Shown: positions 9,427 through 19,371 of the stretch, one piece after another
Layout: every line of letters starts with the position of its first letter
Numbering within the stretch: the stretch's first letter is position 1
Assembly (NCBI GenBank): GCA_043820105.1
Contig: JBDREC010000065.1
Location: 62,001 to 113,968, forward strand
Origin: Pseudomonadota bacterium
GTDB lineage: Bacteria > Bdellovibrionota_F > JAHFAK01 > JBDREC01
Length of the DNA: 51,968 bases
Reading direction: 5' to 3'
Program-made: the position numbers and the translations under genes
Notes under the pieces: generated by a model
What the model was told of the DNA's origin: nothing
Seen by the model: the letters and a program-made list of their open reading frames with translations, nothing else
Database searches by the model: none

Positions 9427-11847
9427 ATGCGCTTATCATATAACTGGCTTAAAGATTATGTAGATCTTTCAAATACTTCTCCAAATGAACTTGCTCAAAT
9501 GCTAACAATGCAAGTTGCTGAAATTGAGGGAATTGAAGAAATTGGCAGGGAATTTTCTGATGTAACAATAGCAAAAGTTCTAAATGTTTCAAAACACCCA
9601 GATGCAGATAAACTTAGCCTAGCTTTAATAGAATATGCAGCAGGTGAAACCAAGGAAGTTATTTGTGGTGCAGCAAATGTTGCCAAAAACCAAGTAATAG
9701 CATTTGTTAATATAGGTGGAAGACTTCCAGACGGAACTAAGATTGAAAAATGTAAAATAAGAGGTGTTGAAAGCACTGGAATGATTTGCTCAGAAAAAGA
9801 GCTTGGCCTGGCTGAAGAATCTGATGGCATATTGATACTTGATGAAAAAACTCCTTTGTTTGGGAATTTCGCCAAAACATTAGGAATGAATGACCATGTC
9901 TTAATTGTTGATAATAAAAGTATTACTCATAGACCAGATTTATGGGGTCACTATGGTTTCGCACGGGAAATCGCTGCAATTTTGAATCAAAAAATCCCAG
10001 CTTATCCTGAAATTTCTGAAAATTTTGATAAAATCGATGCTCATGAACGCTTATCAATTGAAATTGAAGATGGCATCTTATGTCCACGATATAGTGGACT
10101 AGTAGTTGATAATATCAAAGTACAAGAATCACCAGGTTGGATACAAAACAGATTAAGAGCATGTGATCTTAGACTGATTAATAATATTGTGGATATTTCA
10201 AATTATGTTATGCTTGAACTTGGCCAACCAACACACTCCTTTGATTATAATAATATTAAAAATGGAAAAATAATTGTAAGAAGAGCAAGTGAAAAAGAAA
10301 AATTCACAACTCTTGATAACATTGAAAGAACTCTAACAAGCTGTGATCTATTAATCTGTGATGATGAAAAGGCTGTGGCTCTAGCTGGAGTTATGGGTGG
10401 CGCAAATAGTGAAATTTCAGACGATACAAGATCTTTGCTAATAGAATCAGCTAACTTTCAATCTAGTAATATCAGAAAAACCGCTGGTCATATTGGCTTA
10501 AGAACTGATTCTTCGAATAGATTTGAAAAAAGCCTAGATCCTAAAATGACAACAATTGCCATAAGACGAATTGTTGAATTAATTAAACAGCAACAACCTG
10601 ACATCGTCATTACTAGCCCAATAGTTGATGCAAAAAAATATAAAGATAAAGAAATCTATATTGATTTAGATACTAATAAGCTTTGTTTAAGACTAGGAAT
10701 TGAAATTCCTGAAGAAAACATAATCAAGACCCTTAATAATTTAGGTTTTGAAACCCAAAAGCTTGAAGGCTGTAATTATAAAGTATTAGTGCCTAGCTAT
10801 AGAGCAACAAAAGATGTTTCCATTTTCGAAGACCTTGTAGAAGAAATAGGCAGAATATATCAATACGATAGTATTGAACCAAAGGCACCATCAATAAAAA
10901 TAAATCCCATAAAAAAAAATAAAGCCCTGGAAGCTGAAAAAAGAGCAAGACAGATTCTTTCTTATGGTTTAGGTTTCAATGAAGTTTACAATTATTCATT
11001 TACCAATGAAACAAAGTGTGAATTATTTCAATTAAATATAAAAGACCATATCTCACTTAGGCATCCAATTACAGACTACCAGACCCATTTAAGAAGAAGT
11101 CTTATCCCAGGATTATTAGATTACGTAAACATCAATATTACTGAGTTTGATAAAATAAAACTTTATGAAATTGGCAGAGGTTATTTTAAAGAATTAAGTG
11201 CAGACGATGAAATACTTCCATATGAATCACGTACAATAGCAGGCTTAGTGGCTAATAAGGTAATAGATACAACAAATATCTCCGATGATGGAAGCCTGTT
11301 TTTTGAAACAAAAAATTATATTGAAGAACTTATGACAAGTTACAATTTATTTGATCTTCAATACTCATACACACCAAAATATCCATTCTTACATCCAGGA
11401 CGCTTTGCTTCAATAAAAATTAAAGATGAGCTTATAGGTTATTTGGGGCAAATACATCCTCAGCTAACATCTAAACTCGATATAAAAGCTATAATTACAG
11501 TATTTGAATTAGATATAAATAATTTTATTGATAAAATTGTTAATTTAAAACCCTTTCATGATCTGCCCAAGTTTCCTGCAACACATTTTGATATCAGCGT
11601 TGTAGTACCCAATAAAACTCTTTGTGTTGATATAGTAAAGGCTATTAATGATATTAACAAAGATTTAATTAAAAATGTTGAGCTTTTTGATACTTATTAT
11701 GGTGAACAAATTGGAATTGAAAACAAAAGCCTAACTTTTAAAATTACCATTAGGTCTAACAAGAAAACCCTTGAAGAAAAAGAAATTTCTTATTTACATA
11801 ATACTATTATGGCTGGGATTAAAAATGCTGGGTGGAATATAAGATAG
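9427..11847 (+). CDS. pheT: Phenylalanine--tRNA ligase beta subunit
   Basis: HPDADKL tRNA-binding domain, RGVESTGMICS, B3/4, B5 and FDX-ACB domains; follows pheS. Confidence 0.98.
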   Translation: MRLSYNWLKDYVDLSNTSPNELAQMLTMQVAEIEGIEEIGREFSDVTIAKVLNVSKHPDADKLSLALIEYAAGETKEVICGAANVAKNQVIAFVNIGGRLPDGTKIEKCKIRGVESTGMICSEKELGLAEESDGILILDEKTPLFGNFAKTLGMNDHVLIVDNKSITHRPDLWGHYGFAREIAAILNQKIPAYPEISENFDKIDAHERLSIEIEDGILCPRYSGLVVDNIKVQESPGWIQNRLRACDLRLINNIVDISNYVMLELGQPTHSFDYNNIKNGKIIVRRASEKEKFTTLDNIERTLTSCDLLICDDEKAVALAGVMGGANSEISDDTRSLLIESANFQSSNIRKTAGHIGLRTDSSNRFEKSLDPKMTTIAIRRIVELIKQQQPDIVITSPIVDAKKYKDKEIYIDLDTNKLCLRLGIEIPEENIIKTLNNLGFETQKLEGCNYKVLVPSYRATKDVSIFEDLVEEIGRIYQYDSIEPKAPSIKINPIKKNKALEAEKRARQILSYGLGFNEVYNYSFTNETKCELFQLNIKDHISLRHPITDYQTHLRRSLIPGLLDYVNINITEFDKIKLYEIGRGYFKELSADDEILPYESRTIAGLVANKVIDTTNISDDGSLFFETKNYIEELMTSYNLFDLQYSYTPKYPFLHPGRFASIKIKDELIGYLGQIHPQLTSKLDIKAIITVFELDINNFIDKIVNLKPFHDLPKFPATHFDISVVVPNKTLCVDIVKAINDINKDLIKNVELFDTYYGEQIGIENKSLTFKITIRSNKKTLEEKEISYLHNTIMAGIKNAGWNIR

Positions 11848-11965
11848 TTGTATTCTAGTTGCTGGTTTCTAGATGCTTGCAAAAAGAAAGTTAAAAAATA
11901 AATTGATAAATTATATTTAATTTAATAAAAGATTTTTAGTGGAATTTAATAAATAAGGATTGCTT

Positions 11966-12253
11966 ATGTATTTTTGTTGGAAATGTCATAAAGAAGTTGA
12001 TATGGAAGTTAGAATTACAAGGTTTGACACCTGTGAATTTTGTAGCAATGACCTTCGTGTCTGCTATAATTGCAAATATTATGATGAAGGCATGCCAAAC
12101 TCATGCAAAGAACCATTGTCTGCCTATATCCCTGACAGAGAAAAGGGGAATACGTGTGGGCTTTTTGAATATATAAAAGGCAAAGAACATTTGCAAAAGA
12201 AAACATCAAGGGAAGATATTAAGTCTCAGCTTGATTCGTTGTTTAAGAAGTAA
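11966..12253 (+). CDS. Small Cys-rich (probable Zn-binding) conserved hypothetical protein
   Basis: Three CxxC pairs plus two further Cys; AAGGA RBS before ATG 11966. Confidence 0.7.
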   Translation: MYFCWKCHKEVDMEVRITRFDTCEFCSNDLRVCYNCKYYDEGMPNSCKEPLSAYIPDREKGNTCGLFEYIKGKEHLQKKTSREDIKSQLDSLFKK

Positions 12254-12321
12254 AATAGAGAAGAAAATAATCAATAATTAATAAATAATAATTAATAATT
12301 AATTATCGGTAACGAACAATA

Positions 12322-12355
12322 ACTTACCACTTACCACTTACCACTTACCACTTAC
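12322..12355. repeat. (ACTTACC)4 heptamer array overlapping the stop codon of the kinase-like gene
   Basis: Four perfect units plus ACTTAC, which contains the TAA at 12352-12354. Confidence 0.85.
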
Positions 12356-14307
12356 AAACAACACCTAAAACCCGTATTCAGATCCTTATATGATGGATAG
12401 AATTCTTCTGCTTTTGCAAAACTTAGTGATTTTTTTGTGTCATTGAAAGAACCGCCAAGCAAAATGGCTTTTTCATCATCAGAAACCCATTCAGCTAAGT
12501 TTCCGTTTAAATCAAGAAGCCCAATATTATTGCTACATTTTTTCATACTACCAGATCTTCTTATTACATCATCGCTCCCGCTTCCTTTTAGGTTACATAC
12601 TGGTTGTACAGAAGGCTTGTCAACACAATAAGCTTTGCCAGAGGATCCTGAACAGGCGCCTATCCATTCATCTTTAGAGCAAATTCTCTTTCCAAGTGTT
12701 TCACAAAGATTGATAGCCTCATTAAAAGAAACATTAAAGGTAGGATATTGATCAATTAGGTTAGGAAATTCCAGTTTATCAATACAAAATTTTTTCTCTT
12801 TATAATTTACAAAGGACATATTAATTGGACATTTCGAGTCACTTGATATTAAGCCATGAGCTACCTTTTTAGCAGGCTCTATTGAATCAGCTGAAAACAA
12901 ACTCTGGGCAAGACTGTCCCCTTGTTCTTTACGAGTCTTAGGTTTTGCAGTTCCTTTTTCCAAAATCTCAAGTTTTTCTTTATACATGGAAATGGCTTTT
13001 AACTTCATTCTCATTGCTTCCATTTCTCGTGTTTTGCTTTCACTTAATAACATTTGGTTAATTATTTCTTGAGATAAAACCTCTTTGTTTTGAAACTGTT
13101 TATAAGCTCCAAAGCCAAAGGCAAAAACCAGAATAAAAACTGAAAAGAACATAATTGCAAAACGCAGCGGATGAAACTGAGCTGAGGCAGTAGACATGGC
13201 TTTTTTTATTATTTTAAAATGCTCTTTCAGTTCCTGTTTTGATGTGCGTTTTGTATCATCATCTTCTTTATCTGCGTCTTCGCTTCCAGGAATTTCATTT
13301 GAGATATAAACTCCTGACATCTCTTCATCCTCTGGTAATAAGCCCAAATCCATTGGACCTGCATCTGTAATCATTGATGCTTCTTCAACAAGTAAAACAT
13401 CAGTTTTTTTACTCAGCTCAACATGCTCATCTTTCAAAACTTCAATTTCAGAATATTTGTCATAAAATGATCTAAGTTGATCTTTATTAAAATCCTTAAC
13501 ATCTGAAATTAGTTTTTGCTTAGTAACTGAAGATAAGCAACTAAGGGCTTCGTCAATATTTGGAATCCTATTTTCAGGAAAATAAGTTGTTAAATTAATA
13601 ATTAAATCATTATATTTATTAATTCGATTCTCATCTTTTGATTCAGCTAAATCCATTATCTCTGGAGGATTTTCCATTGTCAGCATATAGTAAAGAATAG
13701 AACCGATTGTATAAATATCAGATCTTTTATCGTGCATTTTAAATTCTAAAAATTCTGGTGGCAAAAATCCTTTAATTAAATTAAAGATATCATAGTCATT
13801 AGCTATTTTAGTAGTAAAAAATTCAGAAAAATAATAATCTGTAAACCTAATTCCATCTCGCGATATCCAAACAAAACTCGGCAGTAGCTTTAAGTGACTG
13901 GAAATTTCTTGTATTTTTTTTATATTTAGTAAGCAAGAACCAATAATATAGTAAATATCAAAATCATTAAACTCGATCTTCCTTTCTCTCATATGTGCAA
14001 CAATATCTGAAAGCTGCACACTTTCAGTATAATCTGAGATCAAGGCAATATATTTCTCAAATTCAAAATATTCTTTAGGCCTAAATATATTATCAGCGGA
14101 AATGGTATTAAACTTTGCTATTTCACCATCTATAACATTTTTAAAAGTAGAAAACTCTAATTTAAAAAAATTGGGATCAAGAATATCTAAAAAAACTTTT
14201 ATGCCGTTTAAACTATCTTCAGCAATAAACTTATATCCAAAAAAAGTCTTGCATGAAAAAGATATTATTTTATATCGATCATTTAGAATATCGCCGACTG
14301 ATATCAT
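12352..14307 (-). CDS. Membrane protein: degenerate Ser/Thr kinase-like domain + TM + FGE-sulfatase (SUMF1) domain
   Basis: LNDRYKI, PPE and RSDIYTIGSILYYMLT kinase C-lobe; one TM; C-terminal FCIDK.E.PN, DLNGNLAEW, GFRCC. Confidence 0.8.
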   Translation of the reverse strand: MISVGDILNDRYKIISFSCKTFFGYKFIAEDSLNGIKVFLDILDPNFFKLEFSTFKNVIDGEIAKFNTISADNIFRPKEYFEFEKYIALISDYTESVQLSDIVAHMRERKIEFNDFDIYYIIGSCLLNIKKIQEISSHLKLLPSFVWISRDGIRFTDYYFSEFFTTKIANDYDIFNLIKGFLPPEFLEFKMHDKRSDIYTIGSILYYMLTMENPPEIMDLAESKDENRINKYNDLIINLTTYFPENRIPNIDEALSCLSSVTKQKLISDVKDFNKDQLRSFYDKYSEIEVLKDEHVELSKKTDVLLVEEASMITDAGPMDLGLLPEDEEMSGVYISNEIPGSEDADKEDDDTKRTSKQELKEHFKIIKKAMSTASAQFHPLRFAIMFFSVFILVFAFGFGAYKQFQNKEVLSQEIINQMLLSESKTREMEAMRMKLKAISMYKEKLEILEKGTAKPKTRKEQGDSLAQSLFSADSIEPAKKVAHGLISSDSKCPINMSFVNYKEKKFCIDKLEFPNLIDQYPTFNVSFNEAINLCETLGKRICSKDEWIGACSGSSGKAYCVDKPSVQPVCNLKGSGSDDVIRRSGSMKKCSNNIGLLDLNGNLAEWVSDDEKAILLGGSFNDTKKSLSFAKAEEFYPSYKDLNTGFRCCL

Positions 14308-14322
14308 TTAGATTCCTAATTT

Positions 14323-14372
14323 GCGTACAGCGTAAAAAGTACAGAGTACAGCGTACGGCGTACGGCGTATAG
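14323..14372. repeat. (GCGTACR)n heptamer run
   Basis: gcgtacagcgta...gtacagcgtacggcgtacggcgtatag; reverse complement of the cores at 7720-7745 and 16624-16647. Confidence 0.7.
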
Positions 14373-14387
14373 TGTTTTTAGTTTTTC

Positions 14388-14978
14388 TTATTTCTTAGCG
14401 TCGAGTTCTTTGTTTAATTCACCAAGTGCTTCGTCAGCTTTTGCTTTTAGAAATACAGCTTGTTTTTCGGCTGCTTCTTTTGTTTTTTCTTTAATTGCAT
14501 TTACAATGTCATCATATGCCAAAGTAGCAAGCGCATACATTCCATTATCAGGATCTGACCAATGATCTATTACTTTACTTCCAATTAAAGTAGCATCAGT
14601 TACGTTTTTAGACACAATTGAAACAAATTCAACAGTATTGCTTTTTGCCGGATCAAGATAATCCTGGTGAGATTCCATAAAATCTTTGATTAGTCTTCCA
14701 ACATAAGTGTTTAAAGTTGCGGCTAATTCTTGTCTGGCCCTATTATCAGAAACAGTTCTTTGCATTGCAATGCTTGGATTTTTTGATGCATATCCAACAC
14801 CATATAAAGCTTCTCCACCTTTTTCTGTTTCAAAAGCTCCTGCTCCCTTTACAACCCAGTCTGGCGCGTTTTGTGTAAGTTTATCAAGATTATCCCCTTT
14901 TGAAGGCCCACAAGATGTAATTATTAATAATGAAATCAACATAGTTAAAGCCATTAGTAGTCTAAACATATTTCTCAT
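14388..14978 (-). CDS. LPP20-family lipoprotein
   Basis: Lipobox ITS-C, PDWV, YGVG, ARQELA motifs. Confidence 0.8.
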   Translation of the reverse strand: MRNMFRLLMALTMLISLLIITSCGPSKGDNLDKLTQNAPDWVVKGAGAFETEKGGEALYGVGYASKNPSIAMQRTVSDNRARQELAATLNTYVGRLIKDFMESHQDYLDPAKSNTVEFVSIVSKNVTDATLIGSKVIDHWSDPDNGMYALATLAYDDIVNAIKEKTKEAAEKQAVFLKAKADEALGELNKELDAKK

Positions 14979-15152
14979 TTAAAATTCCTTTCATTTAGTT
15001 TAAAAACACAGACAATTTGCCCATATAAAGCATAAAATGCAATAAAAAAAATGCTATTTTAACTTTCTTGACAAATAAGCTTCGGTATAATAATAGCCCA
15101 TCAGATTATAAGCTGACAACATTGAATAAACAGCAATTTTAAAGGTAATAAA

Positions 15153-15659
15153 ATGATAGTAAATGTAAAAAATATAAAAGCCAAAGACGTTGAAATAAAA
15201 GAAAAAATGGATCCAGGCTTGCTTAAAGAAATTCTAGATAAAAATGATGAGTTAAATATTTTTCTTAACAATCATATTGATTTAGATATTACATTATCAT
15301 CATCTGGTAAAGGCATATTTTTGAAAGGATCCTTTTCAACCAGCCTTACCCCCTTTTGCAGTAGATGTGTAGAAGAATTTAATTTTGATATTGATTGTGA
15401 ATTTTATTCGAATCTTTTTCCTCTTGATAAAAGGAAAGCTGATTCTGATGATATTGACACTTATTATAATAATGAAGTTGATATTAGGCCTATTATCCTA
15501 GAACAGCTAGTATTAATGATTCCGAACTCATTTGTTTGTGACGAGGAATGCCAAGGACTTTGTCAATTTTGTGGAATTAATTTTAACCAAGAAACTTGTG
15601 ATTGCGAAAAAAAAGAATCAACGGTTTCTAGCAAATTAGCAGATGCAATAAATTTATAA
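15153..15659 (+). CDS. yceD: DUF177/YceD family protein
   Basis: CSRC and CDEECQGLCQFCGINFN..C.C motifs, immediately upstream of rpmF. Confidence 0.9.
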   Translation: MIVNVKNIKAKDVEIKEKMDPGLLKEILDKNDELNIFLNNHIDLDITLSSSGKGIFLKGSFSTSLTPFCSRCVEEFNFDIDCEFYSNLFPLDKRKADSDDIDTYYNNEVDIRPIILEQLVLMIPNSFVCDEECQGLCQFCGINFNQETCDCEKKESTVSSKLADAINL

Positions 15660-15674
15660 TTATGGAGTAAAAAA

Positions 15675-15860
15675 ATGCCAGTACCACAAAGAAAAAAATC
15701 AAAATCAAGATCAGGAATGAGACAAGCTCATGACTTTTTAAAAATTAAATCACCAAGCCATTGCGCCAATCCTGCGTGTGGTGAACCAATAAAACCACAT
15801 GTTGTCTGTCCATCATGTGGACAATACAAAGGAAAGCTTGTATTACAAGTTGAAAAATAA
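15675..15860 (+). CDS. rpmF: 50S ribosomal protein L32 (Zn-binding form)
   Basis: MPVPQRKKSKSR..MR, PH.VCPSCG.YKG. Confidence 0.97.
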   Translation: MPVPQRKKSKSRSGMRQAHDFLKIKSPSHCANPACGEPIKPHVVCPSCGQYKGKLVLQVEK

Positions 15861-15865
15861 TAATT

Positions 15866-16105
15866 ATGTCTATTTCAATTGAACAAAAACAACAGATAAT
15901 TAAGTTTGTTGCCTCCTTTGCAAAGGTTGAAGAATCTGCAATTGAAAATTCCATCACATTAAAAGACCTTCAGATAGACGAACTTGACTTAGTTCGTTTA
16001 ACAATTGAGCTTGAAGAGATGCTTAATATTGAAATCTCTGAAGAAGAATTAAAAACAATTCGTACAATAAAAGATATTCTCAGCCTGGTTAACACGAAAT
16101 TCTAA
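15866..16105 (+). CDS. Acyl carrier protein-like protein lacking the conserved Ser
   Basis: 79 aa, acidic, ACP pattern DLQIDELDLVRL..ELEE..NIEISEEE...I.TI; DEL replaces DSL. Confidence 0.8.
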   Translation: MSISIEQKQQIIKFVASFAKVEESAIENSITLKDLQIDELDLVRLTIELEEMLNIEISEEELKTIRTIKDILSLVNTKF

Positions 16106-16124
16106 CATTATATAAGGATTAACA

Positions 16125-16586
16125 ATGAAGCTATCAATAGCCTCTGATCATGGTGGATATATTTTAAAAAATAAAATACTTCTACATCTAAAAAACAAGG
16201 GTATTGAAATAATAGACTTTGGAGTAAATTGTGCTGATTCTGCACATTATCCTAATCTTGGGGAAAAGGTTTCTTTAAATGTTAGCCAAAAAAAAACAGA
16301 CCTCGGAATTTTAGTCTGTGGAACAGGCATTGGAATGTCCATTGTTGCAAACAAATTCCCTGGTATTAGAGCAGCCTTAGTACACAACAAATTCACAGCA
16401 GAAATGACCAAAGCCCACAACAATGCAAATATCCTTGTCCTAGGTGGAAGAGTTTTTGACAGTGAAGACAAAATGCAAGAAGCACTTGAGATAGTTGACA
16501 TTTGGCTTGAAACAAACTTTGAAGGCGGAAGACACCAAGAACGTTTAGATATGATTACAAAAATTGAAAACAATAATTTCAAATAG
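16125..16586 (+). CDS. rpiB: Ribose-5-phosphate isomerase B
   Basis: SDHGG, CGTGIGMSIVANK, HNNANIL, FEGGRH. Confidence 0.97.
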   Translation: MKLSIASDHGGYILKNKILLHLKNKGIEIIDFGVNCADSAHYPNLGEKVSLNVSQKKTDLGILVCGTGIGMSIVANKFPGIRAALVHNKFTAEMTKAHNNANILVLGGRVFDSEDKMQEALEIVDIWLETNFEGGRHQERLDMITKIENNNFK

Positions 16587-16587
16587 A

Positions 16588-16679
16588 GTTGTAAATCGTA
16601 TGTTGTAAGTGTTAACCTATTCTCACCGTACGCCGTACGCTGTAAGCAACTTACCACTTACCACTTACCACTTACCACT
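16588..16679. repeat. Inverted heptamer-array element between rpiB and glyA
   Basis: Left arm gttgtaaatcgtatgttgtaagt, inner CCGTACG/CTGTA run, right arm (ACTTACC)4 ending before the glyA RBS. Confidence 0.85.
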
Positions 16680-16696
16680 CATAAATGGAGTAAACA

Positions 16697-17959
16697 ATGA
16701 ACAACTTAAAAATACAAGACGAAGCGATTTTTGCTTCAGTCAGAAATGAATACTTGAGACAAAGAAATGGTCTTGAATTAATAGCTAGTGAAAATTTTGT
16801 TTCTCTAGCTGTCCTTGAAGCTCAAGGTTCAATATTAACAAATAAATACGCAGAAGGCTATCCAAAGAAAAGATATTATGGCGGTTGCAAATATGTTGAT
16901 GTAGCAGAAGAAATTGCTTGTGAAAGAGCTAAAGAAATTTTTGGCTGCGAATATGTAAATGTGCAACCTCATTCAGGATCTCAAGCTAATATGGCTGCTT
17001 ACTTTTCAGTAATTAATCCTGGAGATACTGTTTTAGCGATGAACCTTGCTCATGGCGGTCACTTAACTCATGGCTCACCAGTTAATTTTTCTGGCAAATT
17101 ATTCAATATTGTTCCTTACGGTGTAGAAGAAGAAACAGGCTGCATTGACTATGATAATTTAAGAAAACTAGCACTTGAACATAAACCACAAATGATTCTT
17201 GCTGGCTTTTCCGCTTATCCAAGGCACTTAGATTTTGCAAAATATAGAGAAATCGCTGATGAAGTTGGAGCAGTTCTACTTGCTGATGTAGCACATCCAG
17301 CTGGTTTAATTGCAGCAAAACAATATCCAGATCCAATACCTTATTGTGATGTTGTGACAACAACCACTCACAAAACACTTCGTGGCCCAAGAGGCGGCAT
17401 GATAATGGCAAAAGAAAAATATGCAAAAGCCATACAATCAAATGTTTTTCCAGGCTGCCAAGGTGGACCACTCATGCACGTGATAGCTGCTAAAGCTGTG
17501 GCCTTTGGCGAAGCTTTAAAACCAGATTTTGTAGATTATCAAAAGCAAGTAATATCCAATGCGAAAGCCCTAGGTGAAGAACTTGTTAACTTAGGCTTTA
17601 AGCTAGTTTCAGGTGGCACAGATTGCCACTTAATGCTTGTTGACCTATCTTCAAAAGGCGTTACAGGCAAATTAGCAGAAAAAGCCCTTGATAAAGCTAA
17701 AATCACAGTTAACAAAAATATGGTTCCATTTGACAAAGAAAAACCATTTATAACAAGCGGCATCAGAATTGGAACTCCAGCTGTTACAACAAGAGGCATG
17801 AGAGAAACAGAAATGAAGCTTATAGCTTCCTTAATTAATGACGTTGTAATGGATCCTGAAAATGAGGCAGTAATTGAATCAACAAAAAACAAAGTCATAA
17901 ACCTATGCAAGTCATTTCCTCTATACCCAGAATTGAAAGAAGTTTATTCTAAAGAATAA
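16697..17959 (+). CDS. glyA: Serine hydroxymethyltransferase
   Basis: [36 protein letters not shown]. Confidence 0.99.
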   Translation: MNNLKIQDEAIFASVRNEYLRQRNGLELIASENFVSLAVLEAQGSILTNKYAEGYPKKRYYGGCKYVDVAEEIACERAKEIFGCEYVNVQPHSGSQANMAAYFSVINPGDTVLAMNLAHGGHLTHGSPVNFSGKLFNIVPYGVEEETGCIDYDNLRKLALEHKPQMILAGFSAYPRHLDFAKYREIADEVGAVLLADVAHPAGLIAAKQYPDPIPYCDVVTTTTHKTLRGPRGGMIMAKEKYAKAIQSNVFPGCQGGPLMHVIAAKAVAFGEALKPDFVDYQKQVISNAKALGEELVNLGFKLVSGGTDCHLMLVDLSSKGVTGKLAEKALDKAKITVNKNMVPFDKEKPFITSGIRIGTPAVTTRGMRETEMKLIASLINDVVMDPENEAVIESTKNKVINLCKSFPLYPELKEVYSKE

Positions 17960-18040
17960 GATACACATGAGTACACGCAAAGTATTTTATAAGAAAAGAA
18001 AAGCAAGAGTGAGAGTTTGCATAATATTTATTAGAAATAA

Positions 18041-19105
18041 TTAGAAAAGAATAAACAGAAAAATATAAATTGGAGTTAGACAAAAGCCTGTAACTAGTGG
18101 AATTGAAAAATTATCATCAAACTTCCATGGAATCATTTCAGCTACTGCACCAATTACACCAGCAATCAATGAAAAAGCTAAAACTGAAATTGGTTTGGTT
18201 GGATAAATTGCAATAAGCACAAAAATGGAAATTAGAGTGCAAGCTAAGAAGCAGCCAAAACTGCCTTCTAAGGATTTTCCCCAATGCATTTTTGTTTGAC
18301 CATATTTAATGCCAACAGCTGAAGCTATTGGATCACCTGCTGCTAAGAAAAGAATTGAAAGGGCAGCAACTACCTTTGGAAAAACAATTATGGCGAGTAA
18401 AGAGCTCATCATAAAATAGCATGTTGTGCTCATTTTATTTTTTTCAAACTCGCGCATCAGTTTTCCAAAATCCTTCATAAATCTTTTGTTTAAGGCTGGA
18501 TGCTTAAGTCTCATATAATCATAGAAAATTGTAATAAATGTTATTGGCCCAAGAATTAAAACAGCTTCAAGCTTAGTTAAACTAAAAAGCCAAAATGGTA
18601 AGACTATGGCCAAGCCGCCAGTAAAATGAAAGATTTTTCTCTCAATGTGCATGTCGTGTTTTAGCTTTGTAGGAGCATTTGGATCTGATATAAATCTATC
18701 AGAATAAGGCAAAGCTTCTAAAGAATGCATATGCCTTTCCAATAATGAAGCAATGTCGTGTTTCAGTTTGTTTACATTATCATGTAGATTTGAAGAAATA
18801 TGACCCCTTGTTTCATCACTTGACATGCTTTCTTTAAAACTTTTATAAATGTTTTTAAAAGAATCCTGAAGATCTGAAAATTCACCTTTGATGTTGCTTG
18901 GCATATGCTCAGAAACATCTTCAATCCTGGTCATCAAAGATTTTTTTTCTTTAATAATATAATCCTTAAGTGGCGCAATCTCTGGTGATGATTTTTCCTT
19001 TACCTTAACATAATATTCTTTGATTTTTTCTTCAAGGTTATCAAACTTACTAACAATTTTGCTTTTTTCAGCCTTGATAAACTCTGCACTATTGTGATTT
19101 GACAT
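18041..19105 (-). CDS. CTP-dependent diacylglycerol/polyprenol kinase family (Dgk1/Sec59/VTE5-like) with long soluble N-terminal helical region
   Basis: ERKIFH, GDPIAS.VG..YG, KSLEGS and DDNFSIP motifs; multiple TMs; about 150-aa charged N-terminus. Confidence 0.85.
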   Translation of the reverse strand: MSNHNSAEFIKAEKSKIVSKFDNLEEKIKEYYVKVKEKSSPEIAPLKDYIIKEKKSLMTRIEDVSEHMPSNIKGEFSDLQDSFKNIYKSFKESMSSDETRGHISSNLHDNVNKLKHDIASLLERHMHSLEALPYSDRFISDPNAPTKLKHDMHIERKIFHFTGGLAIVLPFWLFSLTKLEAVLILGPITFITIFYDYMRLKHPALNKRFMKDFGKLMREFEKNKMSTTCYFMMSSLLAIIVFPKVVAALSILFLAAGDPIASAVGIKYGQTKMHWGKSLEGSFGCFLACTLISIFVLIAIYPTKPISVLAFSLIAGVIGAVAEMIPWKFDDNFSIPLVTGFCLTPIYIFLFILF

Positions 19106-19371
19106 ATAAATACCTTAAAAGTTAAATTAAACTACCCCTAAATAGACGCAAATTTATAACACAGCATATTTACCAATGCAAGCATTAAAATTCCACCGAA
19201 ACGCATCGCGTCACGTCTAAAACAGGCTATTTGTCTGATTTCAAAGAGCAATCAGCTGCTTTTATCGAATCTTGCTCTTTTTAGAGGCACATAAAAAACT
19301 TAAGATTTTGCTTGTGTTTTTAAGCAATTTAAAAAAAAACTATAAAAAAAATGAGATGTCAAATGATAAAC

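Noticed and set aside
11966-12253. CWKCH as a heme-binding motif
   Set aside because: No signal peptide and several other CxxC pairs; more likely cytoplasmic metal binding
15068-15091. Consensus sigma70 promoter TTGACA/TATAAT upstream of yceD
   Set aside because: Spacing is only 12 bp; the hexamer at 17 bp (TAATAG) is weak, so it cannot be called confidently
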